NCBI GenBank assembly: GCA_026770705.1
Contig: JANJGN010000035.1
Coordinates: forward strand, 7,750,001 to 7,814,000
Reading direction: 5' to 3'
Origin: Isurus oxyrinchus
Taxonomy: Eukaryota
Length of the DNA stretch: 64,000 bases
Below, piece by piece: positions 27,330 to 39,539 of the stretch (positions are counted from its first letter, which is position 1; each line of letters starts with the position of its first letter). A model generated the notes under the pieces. It was not told the origin of the DNA and ran no database searches. It saw only the letters and a list, made by a program, of their open reading frames with translations. Made by a program: the position numbers and the translations under genes.

Positions 27330-30300
27330 AAATTTGATTCTTCAGTCTCTGACTTCCATGGAGGATTGTGTCAAAAATATCTGTGAAATCGATTTTAGAA
27401 ACACGGCCCTAGAAAACAACAGGAGTTTTTAAAAGCGCTTTTCAGCCAGTTAGGACAGCTGTGATTACCTTCACTTCAATAATTTTATCAATAACTTTGT
27501 TTTAATCATTGCTATGAATGTCATTATTATGAGAATTTGGAATGGTTTTTTTTATGTATATTCGCAAGCATGGGTTTTACCTCTAATGCTTTTAAGTTGT
27601 TTTATCTACTTCCAATGGGAAATTGCCTTAATCAGGAAGTGACAAACTGACAATGGAATGTTAATTAATGTCATCCACTTTTGCTATTTTCGGGCACATG
27701 AGGTGGACGTTCCGCTAGAAAGTAAGCTGCGTGCGGATATCTGCCTTATCATCACATCCAACGACACTGTGAGTGATGCTCCAGAAGAACAGATGCAGGA
27801 AAAGATTGCAGACCGTTTCGGAGGAATGAGAGGCGCATCCGGTGGGATTACGTTTTCTTTGAACTGAAAAATCCATCATTATGACTATACAATGCAGCAG
27901 ATATCATCTCATGGTTTCAGTCTCTCCTTAAACTGATTATGTTTTCGGCTTAACAGGGAAGTTTAATTGTTATGTGTACCATTGAATTAGAACATTTTAT
28001 ACGTGCTGAAGATGCTTCCGACACGACGACTAGACCCTGTAGCAAAGTTTTCATTCAAGCATCGTTCAACGATATATGTGCCCATTGATTTCTCGAGCTA
28101 ATGGCATATTGCATCAGATTGTTTGATAGCAATGAACCACTTGGGGGCGTATGTTTTTTATCTCCCTCTAAGTATGGACGCAAATGTATTTAGAGGCAAG
28201 TATGTGGCATCACGAGTGGCTTTGATTTACAGGAGGGGAGTTAGAATAAAGGACGTGCTATGTTGGTAGTTTATTCATCGGTTTTGGGAATAGACATGTG
28301 CCTCTGTGGCCATAGCCGTGACTCCAGGTTGGTATGTTGCCTCCCTGGTCCCAAGTTCAAGTGTGCAACAGAACAGTTGCAGGACAATTTTCTTTGGACA
28401 CTGATCAGCCAGGAGCCCTGGTCCACACTGAGACCAATGACTTACATACAAATGTGAATGTATCCTGTGATTTTAATTTAGGGAGATAGGTGTAAAATTA
28501 GCGAGCAGGCACTCTAGCGTAGTAATCTCAAATTTGCTCCCACACAAATGGCCAGTGAGTACAGAAATTGGGCAACAAGTTTTAAGAGGCTGCAAAGATT
28601 GTGCAGGAGGATAACCCTTATGGTACTCGGACAGTATGACTGGGTTTCGGGGAGGTGAGAATGGTTGAAGCTGGATGTGTTGCACCTGAACAGAGCGGGG
28701 AAAGAATGCCTTGCTGCTGCTGTTGGGAGGGATTTAAATTAACTCGACAGGGGTGTGAGAACCAATAGTAAATATGGGAGAGGGATACCAGGGCGCACAA
28801 AGCCCCGAGAGGGACAGATAGCACTAGTACATTCTATCATATAAACTACATAGTGGATATTTAGTTAAACGGTAATGTCTGGGAATAGGACACAGTAAGA
28901 CATTCTAAATCAGGGCTACTATACATGTATGTGAATACACGGAGCAAAGAAAATAAGCTCGGGGAGTTACAGGCACAGGTTGCCATGTGCAATATGAGGT
29001 TGTGGCGAAAACAGGGGCCTGGGTCAAAGAAGGGCAGAACTAGTTGTAAAATATTGTCTGCTACTAGGTGTTCTCAAGATATTGGAAAGGGAGGAAAAGA
29101 GGAGGGTGGCCTAGTTCATTAAGGATGGCATTGAAGTTTAGAATACACAGGATTACCCTGGGTGTTCAAGGACTAACCACGTTGGCTAAAGCTAAGGAAA
29201 CAAAAAACTAAGTATTGAAATTTTCCTGTGTAGCCTTTAGGACGCCAAATCTTAAGAAGAATGGGGTAGAACGAATCCGCTGGGAAATTACGGAGAGATG
29301 TAGGCGCTAAGGAGTAGTTATAACGGGGGACTTTACTTACCAGAACGTAGACTGGGTCAGTGTTAGTCGTAAGACCAGAGAGGGTAAAAGTCCTAGAATG
29401 TGTTGAGGAGAATCGGTTACAGCAATATGTGTCCAATCCAATAACAAAGGAAATGGTTCTTGGTAATTAGGGGAGTAAATTAGATCAACTGACAGTGGGG
29501 GAAATTTTGGGGGCAGTGATTGTCGGATTGTGCGTTTTAGGACGATGATAGAAATGAACGAAATACAATCCTGAGAGAAAATATTTACCTGGCAAAAAGC
29601 TGACTTCGATGGGGTAAGAACGGAGCTCGGGCAGATAGGCTGGAATGAAAGATGGGAATGGAAAAAATGCAGCTGTGCAATGAACCTCCTTCAAACAAGA
29701 ATTGGTTCGTTCACAGTCAAGATAAATCCCTCAAAATGGAATGAGGCAAACACACCTGCAGCTTGTTGAATATAGAATGAGATTGAAATTAGGATAAATA
29801 AGAAAAATGTTGCTTAATTCAGGTGTGATGCAGAAAATACAATTGAGACACAAAATTAATGCAGAGGTTTCAGCGGGAAGGTGAAATGCAGCATTAGAGA
29901 ACAAATAGTGATTGTGAAAAAGCCTGGCAGTCAAAATGAAGGGGTAGCCCCAATCCTTCTCTAAACATATAAATAGCAAAAGTGTGGTAAAAGGAGGAGT
30001 AGGGCCGATTAAGGACCTCAATAGGGAATTTATGTTAACGAGGGGGCCATGACTGATATTAAATGAATAATTTCTATGCGGCTTTTACAAGAAAGCACAG
30101 GCTATCTAATTTGTGCTGACAGGCGAGGAATCTCTATCACTAGAAGGGTTCAAAATTGATATGGGGGAAGTCATTGAATCGGCTATAGCTACTTAAGGTT
30201 GACTAAGCCCAGGGGCTGGCTAAGATGCATTCAGGAACATAGAAAAAATTAAGTGTAGAAATTGTAGGGGCACTGGTCATCATCTTTCAGTCATCTGTAG

Positions 30301-32480
30301 ACACATTGACCGTGCCAGAGTACTGCAGATTTGCAAACGTTCCGCCCTTGTTCAAAAACGTTGCATGCGTATGTCGAACAATTACTGACCACTCAGTTTA
30401 ACTTCAGTGGTGGGCATGATCATAGAAAGAGTTATTAGGGATAGAATTAATCGTCACATGGAAAAACATGGCTTAAAAAGGAAAAGCCAGCATTTATTTC
30501 TAAAGGGGAAATCGTATTTAAGATATTTTATGACGTTATTTTTAAAGATGTAACAGGAAAAATTGTTGAGTGTAAAGCTGTTGATCTGTTGTACTTGGAC
30601 TTTACTAATGCATTTCAGACAATGCCACACCCAGACCTATGAGATAAGCTGTTTCTCAGATAATGAAAGGTACAGCAGCAACGTGGATAAAAAAATGCCT
30701 AAAAATTAGGCTGCAACGCGTTATAGTCAATGGATATTTTTTCAGACAGGAGACAGTTTTGTACTGGAGTTCACGAGAGATCGGTATGGGGCCCCCACTG
30801 CTCTTGATCTCTAATAACTTGCTGTGCAAGGGGTAATTTCAATAGTTGAGTATTATACAAACCTTGTGCGTGTCCCGAGGAGGACGGTGTAGAGCTTCAT
30901 ATTGACATAGACAAGTTGGTGGAGATAGAAAATATGCGTTACAAGAAGTTCAATGTTGTGAAGTGTGAGGTATTGAATTTTGGTAGTAGGAACATGGGCA
31001 AACATTTCAAAATAAAGGATGAAATTTTGAACAGTCTGCAAGATTTGGGTATAAATCTGCATGGTTCAGTGAAGCTGACAGGACAGGTGGAGAGAAAAAA
31101 ATATTAATGCATACAGCATCCTGGACTTTATTAATATAGGCATAAAGTATAATAGCAGGGAGGTTATGCAAAATTAATGTAAATATCTCGTTAACCTCTG
31201 TCTGAATGTCATGTACCGTTCTGGGCACCATATTTTGTGGAGGAGGTGAACACATTGGTGAGAGTGCAGGATTGGTTTACAAGAATTGTCGTTGATGTGA
31301 GAAACTTCAACTATGAGGATACTGTGTAGAGGTTGAAACTTTTCTCCGTGGATAGAAAATGGCTCACTGCAGATTTGATAAAGATGTTCACAATAATATA
31401 GAGGATGGGCAGAATAGTTCGCAGAATATGTTCACACTCGTAAAAACATCAAGAACAACAGGGCACAGTGATAGAGTGATGTGGAAAGTGAGAAATGTAA
31501 CTTTTTCATGCAACGAGTAGTTTGGTTCAGAAATGCACTGTCTAGAAATGTAGTGGAGGCAGCTCCAATCCATATGTTCAAGGGGGCATTAGATGATTAT
31601 TTGAAGAGAAATAATTTGCAGGGTAACGGTACAATGTCATTATGCACATTTGGAGAGCCGTTGCAGACTTGATGGGCCGCAAGATGTCTTTACGTGACGT
31701 TAAGGCTCTGTGATTATCTAATGACTGTCGTTAATTAACCGCTCAATGAATTTGGATCCAGCATATCGGCTTTACCCCGCTTATGACTAATGACTCGGGG
31801 TTGTTGTTGTTTACAAATTCTGTACGCGCATACTATCGTACTGCACAATAACAAAACACAAACACATATGAAGCTAACGATATGGAACATCAAATCGCCA
31901 TATTTCCACTCGTTTCTGCTGATGTGCAATCATGGCTGCTCTACTGACTCCATTCCACATTCCCCACCGCTCTGTTTCTCCCATCAAAGCCGGAGAGAAC
32001 TTATACGCAAATATGCAGCACGCAGATACCTGTGGCTGGAAAATTCCAGTGCTAAACCTCCTTCTGAGAGAAGAAAAACTATCTAATCACACACTCAAAT
32101 AATTGACCCCAAATGCTGTTTCAGGGCCCGTTTACCATCTACTTTTGCAGAATGAAAAAATATCTTGATCACCAGCTTGTCAAGAGCTTCCAGATTCTTG
32201 AAACAATCAACTTCTTCTCCTTTCATTCTTCCTGCACTTCAGAACGCATAGACCCAAATAACTCAGGCTCTCATTGATGACAAAAAACTCTTGTTACAAC
32301 TGTAATTTCATGAATGTTATAAAACATGCAAAGTAGCTGCATGCTCCCTTACACATGGAACGTAACGTTCTTTACAGTACAAACATGCCGTCACGCCAAA
32401 GCCCTTTAGAGTTTCTGCAAGAGTTTTTTTATTTTTGCTCTTTAGAAGCCTTGTAATCTAGGCCAAAATGTGTTTAATCT
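27330..32480. repeat. Module C, copy 4, split by the CR1 insertion at 28190-31715
   Basis: 27330-28185 matches the proximal half and 31725-32480 the distal half of copy 2. Confidence 0.8.
28190..31715 (+). mobile_element. Inactive CR1 LINE (ORF1 esterase part plus ORF2 EN-RT)
   Basis: CGHSRDSRLVCCLPG (ORF1), YVNTRSKENKLGELQAQV (EN start), KFNVVKCEVLNFGSRN and NFFMQRVV..NAL..VVEA (RT C-terminus). Many stops and frameshifts. Confidence 0.92.
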
Positions 32481-32559
32481 TTCTAATTCTTCCCTATACA
32501 TGCACATCAGCCTCTGGACCTAATTGTGTGAATCTGGACTTTTTGGCACCTTCAATTAA

Positions 32560-32686
32560 AAGGGAATATGGTGTTGGGATAGTGGGCCAGCAAAAATCAT
32601 ATTCAATGCTGGAACAGGCTTGAAGGGCCCAATGGCCTACTCATTCAGCCAGGTTCAATGTTTCACCTATTTTATATATATCTATC

Positions 32687-32738
<52 letters not shown>
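32560..32738 (+). repeat. Short CR1 3' tail followed by a (TA)n microsatellite
   Basis: GGAACAGGCTTGAAGGGCCCAATGGCCTACTC tail motif, then (TA)n at ~32674-32738. Confidence 0.75.
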
Positions 32739-32743
<5 letters not shown>

Positions 32744-34209
32744 GTGGAGTGAAATTTGATTCTGATTGCCACTTCACTTGTGCTAACTTGAAATCCCACC
32801 ACTCCCATCTCGCCCAAACTTCCGAAACAGACCTGGTGAGACGTGTGTAGCACATTGGGTGCCCGGTGCCTAACGTCGATGGCAACTTGGCCGAAATTAA
32901 GTATTCATTACGTTACTATCAGCCATGGCAAGGGGGCAGGTCGGTGGTTAGTGGGGCTGGGTTTTTGTTTCTACATGGCATGTGTGAGGATGCTTGGCCA
33001 GTGTTATAGCCACACGGAATGTGGAAGTGATTCTAATTGTTCTAACGTTTACTCATAATTATTCAAATAAAACAGGCGGATCTATCCGAAGTTTTGCATG
33101 TAACTCTCAGTTTAGAGTGTTTCCCAGATCAGCACAATTGGCACGGAAATTTCAACTTCCGGGCAATCGCTGTGCAATCCTGGGGATGAATTTTACTTTC
33201 CAAATTCATGAACATTTCAACTTGTGTGGAAAACTTCATCTTTTGCTTTAATGTCCGGCGCCCTGTTCATTGCCGTTAAGCTAGTTTTCCATTATATAGC
33301 AAGCAATCGGGTCAGAACATCGGAAACCTGCCCACATTATTTAAAATTGATTATCCAAGGAAATTAAGGCAATTAAGTACGCAATAACGCAGCGAAAACC
33401 GCTGTGGACTGGCGGTATGCCAAGAATATGGCAAACGGGGATTTTTTTTTAAGGTCAAGCTTCTATTGGCGGGCATTGAAACTGCAGCTGAGGCCAAAGT
33501 GTGAACTTTGCTGATCGAGCACAGCAGGGCCTCCTAATTTAAGTGGGTGGAGGGACCATAAGGTTATTGTACATGAGGGAAAATGTCCTCTGTTACAAAG
33601 GGCTCATCAGGCGGACTATTTCCCTGTACAATACCTAGGTGAGAGATAATCGGTGTAGGAATCAGATGGGGAAATTTGTCTCAGCTTCGCTGAGGTGGTG
33701 TGGGGGGTGGGGGGTGGTGGTGGGACCGTTTATCATTAGGAGTAAGAGGAGAAGTGTGAGAGGATGCAGGAAACACGGGAAAGTTCGGGGCCATGTGGGT
33801 CCTCCAGAAGGAAACCAAGCAGCAAGATGGTCAGTGGTAGCTCAGAAACTCTCAGCGGGAGAAACCAACAAGCTTATGAAGGAACAAGTTTATATAGGCA
33901 GAGTTCCAACTGAAAGCAAGGGATGTCATGATGTCATTGAAACTTTTCTGGTTCTGGGACCAATTCCAACAGGACCACAACAACGCCCTTGAAGTCGTGT
34001 GCCCCTTCCTCCCACAAAGCATCTTTCTGCCTGAGCTTCCTTTGCTTCCCAGCGCACGGATTGAGCTGACATGTTTGTTTTACTACACTTTAAGCAGGAA
34101 GGCACCAAAGTTTGCCTGATTGTATCCCGGGGCAGCTTGTTCCCTTCTGTCACACCTCTCCCCTCAGTCCAATGGGGTTTCCCCTTACGCAAACAACGAT
34201 GTAATTGAT

Positions 34210-34730
34210 GTAAAACTGTTCATGGCCAATTCATGGAGGCTGGCAAAAATTTAAAGATCCTGGCACCTTTGAATATTGAGATTTACGAAGATTCAAAATG
34301 AGAACCTGAGAAGTTAGTAAATGATCAGCAGCCCTGTTAACATCTATGGGGGCATAAACAGATTTACGATCGACTTCATGTGATACTTCTTCAGCGCTGA
34401 AGTGAGATCGAAATGTAATGGGCTTCTGTTGTTGAACAGAGCAGGTGAAGCAGGTAGATAAAAAATAAGGTGCAGAGATAGGCGGGAGCTCAGCACAGAT
34501 TTTACAAATATGTCATATACACAAAAAAAAGGAACTGCTAATGATAATGTTAAAGACGTTGGCAAGTACTAAGAGTTGCATATAAAATAGATACCACAAG
34601 TGCTGACTTGTGGAAAGAGGGCTAACGCGTTTCAAAAGAACAATTAAGAACAATTTGAAGACTGGACATTTGCTGAGAGCGGGTTGGGAAAAAATAATAA
34701 CATGGAGGCCAAAATTATTGGTCTGGGAAA
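34210..34730 (-). mobile_element. Possible decayed L2-type LINE 3' fragments
   Basis: Resemblance only (GCAGAGATAGGCGGGAGC..GATTT) to vertebrate L2 3' regions read antisense. Confidence 0.35.
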
Positions 34731-34732
34731 TT

Positions 34733-35632
34733 GGGCCCAAACAGTCCTTTCAAGTGAAGCAGCATTTCACTTGCATTTCCCCCAACTTAGTCTACTGCAT
34801 TCGTTGCTCCCAATGTGGTCTCCTCTACATTGGAGAGACCAAACGTAAACTGGGACACCGCTTTGCAGAACACCTGCGGTCTGTCCGCAAAAATGACCCA
34901 AACCTCCCTGTCGCTTGCCATTTTAACACTCCACCCTGCTCTCTTGCCCACATGTCTGTCCTTGGCTTGCTGCATTTTTCCAGTGAAGACCAACGCAAAC
35001 TGGAGGAACAAAACCTCATCTTCCGACTAGGCACCTTACAGCCTTCCGGACTGAATATTGAATTCAACAACTTTAGGTCGTGAGCTCCCTCCCCCATCCC
35101 CACCCCATTTCTGTATCCCCCTTTCCTTTTTTTCCAATAATTTATATAGATTTTTATTTTCCCACCTATTTCCATTATTTTTAAATATTTTAAAATCTTT
35201 TATGCTCTCCCCACCCCCATTAGAGCTATACCTTGTGTGCCCTACCATCCATTCTTAATTAGCACATTCGTTTAGATAATATCACCAACTTTAGCTTTAA
35301 CACCTATGTGTTCTATTGTACCTTTGTCGTTGACATATTTTGATGATCTGCTTCAATCACTGCTTGTTTGTCCATACAACCACACCCCCAACCCCCCACC
35401 GACCAACCCCACCCCCCCCACCCCCCCCCCCCCCCCCCCACCAACCTCGCTCTCTCTCTCTCTAGCTCTCCGCCCACCACACACACACCTTAAACCAGCT
35501 TATATTTCAACTTTTTCTTGGACTCAAACTCAAGTTCTGTCGAAGGGTCATGAGGACTCGAAACCTCAACTCTTTTCTTCTCCGCCGATGCTGCCAGACC
35601 TGCTGAGTTTTTCCTGGTAATTCTGTTTTTGT
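34733..35632 (+). mobile_element. 5'-truncated Penelope-like element: intact GIY-YIG endonuclease frame (34733-35083) plus 3' tail
   Basis: NLVYCIRCSQCGLLYIGETKRKLGHRFAEHL..CHF..EEQNLIFRLGTLQPSGLN is a PLE GIY-YIG domain with the CCHH motif. The tail ends GGTAATTCTGTTTTTGTT. Confidence 0.95.
35533..35571 (+). ncRNA. Minimal type I hammerhead-ribozyme-like motif (variant core CUGUCGA)
   Basis: AGUU-CUGUCGA-A-GGGUC-augag-GACUC-GAAAC-CUC-AACU. Stem I is AGUU/AACU and stem II is GGGUC/GACUC. This copy has CUC in place of the consensus GUC. Confidence 0.7.
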
Positions 35633-36361
35633 TCCAAAATATTTATTTTTCTTTAAGCTAAACACCAGAGTGTACAGGCACAATGTGCTCATTCTCCCAT
35701 TACCTTTCAGTCATATGAAACAGAAGGATTCTTCCTGTTGAAGAAAGTTATATAATTAAATATAGAGTTCCTAATTCCCACAGTGGTCATTTTGTGATCT
35801 CCACAAAGGCTAAAGCTATGGATGTATGACTTCATTTTAATTCAAAGTCATTTCTCTTGAAAGATGGGCCAGTATGCGATTTTTGCTTTTTGTCACTTGA
35901 TGCAATTAAATGCTAACTTTTCAGCTTCTTTGCACGAGCACAGCTGGTCTCTCTGTATTTCGTTGTTTTCCAAAAGTGACTATTTTAGAAATTTGCTGCT
36001 TTACTAATTTTCGTTCCAAATTGAGCGACTTGAGCCTTCATAAATTTTGTTGAATCTTCTGCCTTCCTACCCATTACATCCGCCGGTCATTGCTTAATAG
36101 CAGCGATTGTATTCCCCTTAGCAATCCTGTTCCCATCGACCTTTGGGTTATCAGCAAAATTGAATAAATCAATAGGCCTAAGATAATAACTTAGAGTGCA
36201 AAGCAAGGAATCACCAGAAGTGATCACTCCATACTCCTATATTGATGTAACAATTCTTTGTTTGTGTATCATTTGTGCTCAATTTGCCAGAAATAAACTT
36301 CAATTCTGCATAATTTATTGCCTCCAAATCCGTGTGACCATAACGTGAGTTTTACCTTTTT

Positions 36362-38460
36362 TTTTCATTTTTGCGATGTACACGTGTCTGACGCGGCCAG
36401 TATTTATTGCCGTTGCTTACTTTCCTTTAGAAAGAAGAAGGCCAGGTAAGTTCTTCAAACACTTTCGTTCACTGCAGGAATGTGCACCCTCAGAGAGGGA
36501 GTTCCGTGGTTTTGCCCACGAGACAGTGCAGCAACGGTGATTTATTTCCAAGACAGAACGGTGCAAGCCACGGTGGGGAACTTCCTGTGGATGGGGTTCA
36601 TGCGTGCCTCCTTCCACTGCCAGTCTAGATGATAAAAGTTGCAGCATTGGAAGGTCCAGCCTCAGAGGGTTTGCTGAGTTTCTGGAGTGCACCTTGCAGT
36701 TGGTACACTCTGACACCACGGCATGTCGAGGGTGGGCTGAGCGGCTGCTTGTGGTTGGAGTGTGGATCCTGACACCTCTTTTGTCCTTTACGGTGTCACG
36801 CTTCTTGAATCATGTTGATGATGCACCCATCCATGCTAATGAAAAGAATTCCCTCACAGCCTACACACATTTATGCATTTTAGCTGGTAATCAGGCTTTT
36901 GTGAGCCAAGACGTGAGTTAATCGCTGCAGGATTGCGAGGTCCTGAAATTCTCTTGTAGCCAAAGTAATTATGTGACAATTCCAGCTCAGTTTCTCGTCT
37001 ATGATAACCTCCAAGATTTTGATAGTGCTGGAATCAGCATATAATGTTATTGAATGTCAATGGGCGATTTTAGGTTCTCTTTCTTTGGTGGTGGCCATTC
37101 ATATGACCACAGCTGCGCAAATCAAATCTCTCATCTTCTTTTCGAACACATCAAGTAGTTCTGATCTCAGCTCCAAGGCTCCTGTAATACTTCTGCGATT
37201 TAAGGGAAAATGGCTAATTCAACAAAAATAAAATTAAACGTAAGCACACATATTTCAGGCTGATAGTTAAATTCAGTCTTACAGCGTGTCCAGCCAAAAA
37301 GTATCTTTTCATGGTCAGACCCACAATTAAAAGCCTTCCAGACATCATTCGTCGTAACTGCCTAACTACAAAAAATGTCAGCAATGTTATGTATGCAATA
37401 TGTTTTTCTTTAATACAGGCTTAACAGAATGTCCACAATTCTTTTTCCGAATGCTTGAGAAAACCAGACATCAAAAACATTGTTTTTACATCCGAAGACT
37501 TTTCTGTTTTCAATCCAGGATCCATTGTTTTCACAACTCTTTGAAACGCAGATCGTTCAAAATATAATTTTATCCAAGCTTTGATCTTGCCTTTGCTTAG
37601 TGTCAATACAAAATAACATCCCCACCATTATTTACTTATGCAACAGCTGTAATATGCAAGCTTCGGTTTTGAACCTCTGATTTCACTTTGATGCTCAAGC
37701 GAAATCTCAACTTATGTGAAATGGCAAATTTTAGTTCTAACCCATTCATTGGCACCTCAAACCTAGCACTTCCACCTCTTAATGCTTCAAACCGCCCAAA
37801 CAACCATACTCGGGTTAAGCTTGCGCATCTTAATCAAGTCACACACACACAGACACGCACGCACATGCACACACAATCTCACAGTTATTGCTTGGAACTT
37901 TTGTGGTTTGAATGTCTCTTGCCGCCTGCCTGCCATAGCCTACATATTGTCCAGCTATTTCTGCATTTGAAAATGGACTTATTAAGTCCCAGAAGATTCA
38001 GGACTGGTACTGAAAATTGTGCAACCATCAGCGGGCACCCCAACTTCTCACCTTAAGATGCAAAGAAGGTCATTGATGAAATAGTTGGAAATGGTTGGGA
38101 CCAGGACACCACCCTGAGCTTCTCCTACAGTGATGTCACGGAACTTAAATGATTGACGTCCAACAACTGCGCCCTACTTCAGTTGTGTTGGATCGGACAC
38201 CAACTGGCAGAAAGTTTCCCCCTAAATACCGTTGACACCATTTTTTCTCCCCATGCATTCATATGCAACGTTAAGCCATTGGGAAATCCGTTATCAAGAC
38301 CTGCTATATTGTGTCCACTGCTTCCCCTTTACATATGCCCTTCGTTATGCCTTTCTCAAAGCTCGAATGCATTTTTCAAGCATGGTTTTCCTTTCATACA
38401 ACCATATTCACTTCGTGTGCCTGTAAATCGCGTTTCTAAACGCAATGTTTAAAACCGTTA
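36362..38460 (-). mobile_element. Fragments of a CR1/L2-group LINE (3' end 36362-37110; RT piece ~38050-38460)
   Basis: Collinear with 57980-59100 (CCAG.ATTTATTG tail, CCAG.TCAGTTT.CGT, ATGGTTGGG.C.AGGAC). Confidence 0.7.
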
Positions 38461-39539
38461 GTAAGTTTCCAGCTTTCATGCAATCATCTTAACAGGCTTT
38501 TTCGAAGCAAATCCGTATTTTAAATAGCTGTGTTATATTTGCCAACTCCAAGTCCACTGACAGCTTTCAACAATCTCGAAGGAAGAACGTTTTCTTTAGA
38601 TGCCCTTCACTTCTCTGAAGAATCTGATATTCGCCGTCTTTTAGCAATCGGTTACCAAGCTTAAGTATGCTACTATGCAGCAAACTATTTTATTCGTGTT
38701 TTGTTGAGTATTTTGAAACAAAAAAGGAATGAATCAAAACTTTCCTTATTATCGTAGCTTCCTGTCCATTACTAAAGCAAAAACCTTCAACCCCCATTTA
38801 TTGATTTAGCTGATGAATGTACTAAATTGAAATAAATTACATGAACATGTAAAACACATTTTATTCCAATTAGCACATTTAAAGAGAAGCCCTTTTCAGC
38901 AGATAACCAGGTCTTTTTGCTTTAATGCAGTATTGCCCAATTCCCAATCCATCCTTCCAGATCAACTTGCGCATTATCATTCTACGGCGAGGGATATAAC
39001 AATAATCATCACAGGAATATTTCCTGAAAACATTGCCTATGCCAACCATATGCTAATAAGGAAGGCTCAAAACCAATACCCGGTATTTTGCAAGTCTATA
39101 ATTACCTCAGAAATAACGATTGCTACATCTATTAATTTGACCATCATGTGTAGTCATCAAATGGATGGCAATGCATCATATGAATTGAACATACAGAGAA
39201 GAACAGGCATAGGAAATATTTGCTGTTGAGCATGATCAGGCATTCGGTATTCTAATCTATCATCCATGTCAACCCAGCTTTTATGACTGCTCCCGCTAAT
39301 CCTGTGACTCCCTGAGAGATCACCAATTTTTCCAGCCGCACCTAGAATGTAGTCAAACAGGGCGCCTGCACTGGACGTCGGGTTGGAGAACTTTCAAGAC
39401 TCACTAACATCTTATAGGGAAATAAACCTCCTCATGGCACTATCTATTCTTCAACCCATCTCCTTCCTTTGCTTGAACAAAACCTGGCGCAGCTCCATAT
39501 CGGTGCTCTGTTCAAAGTCCAAAGAAAGTTTCTTAGGTT

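Larger units (their letters stand above)
1..32480. repeat. Ancient diverged tandem array of four A-B-C units (core period about 4.5-5 kb), expanded by later insertions
   Basis: Collinear markers recur. GACTTCCATG at ~2274/22829/27351. CCATTG(C/A)TTT...ATTGCATCAGA-like at ~2987/12024/23549/28082. CTGATG(T/C)TCCTCTC at ~3191/12226/23749. AGATG(C/A)A(G/A)TAAC-like at ~7722/13997/19501/24356. CTGAG..AG.AAA at ~3728/12777/32063. Confidence 0.85.

Noticed and set aside
1-32480. Immunoglobulin/TCR-style cluster as an explanation for the tandem units
   Set aside because: No Ig-domain exons are visible, and the scattered CACAGTG/CACTGTG heptamers I checked lack a properly spaced nonamer.
34610-34732. 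N-terminal extension making a 157-aa stand-alone GIY-YIG gene
   Set aside because: The upstream codons are flanking DNA fortuitously in frame (GTG start). Homology to the element begins at ~34733.
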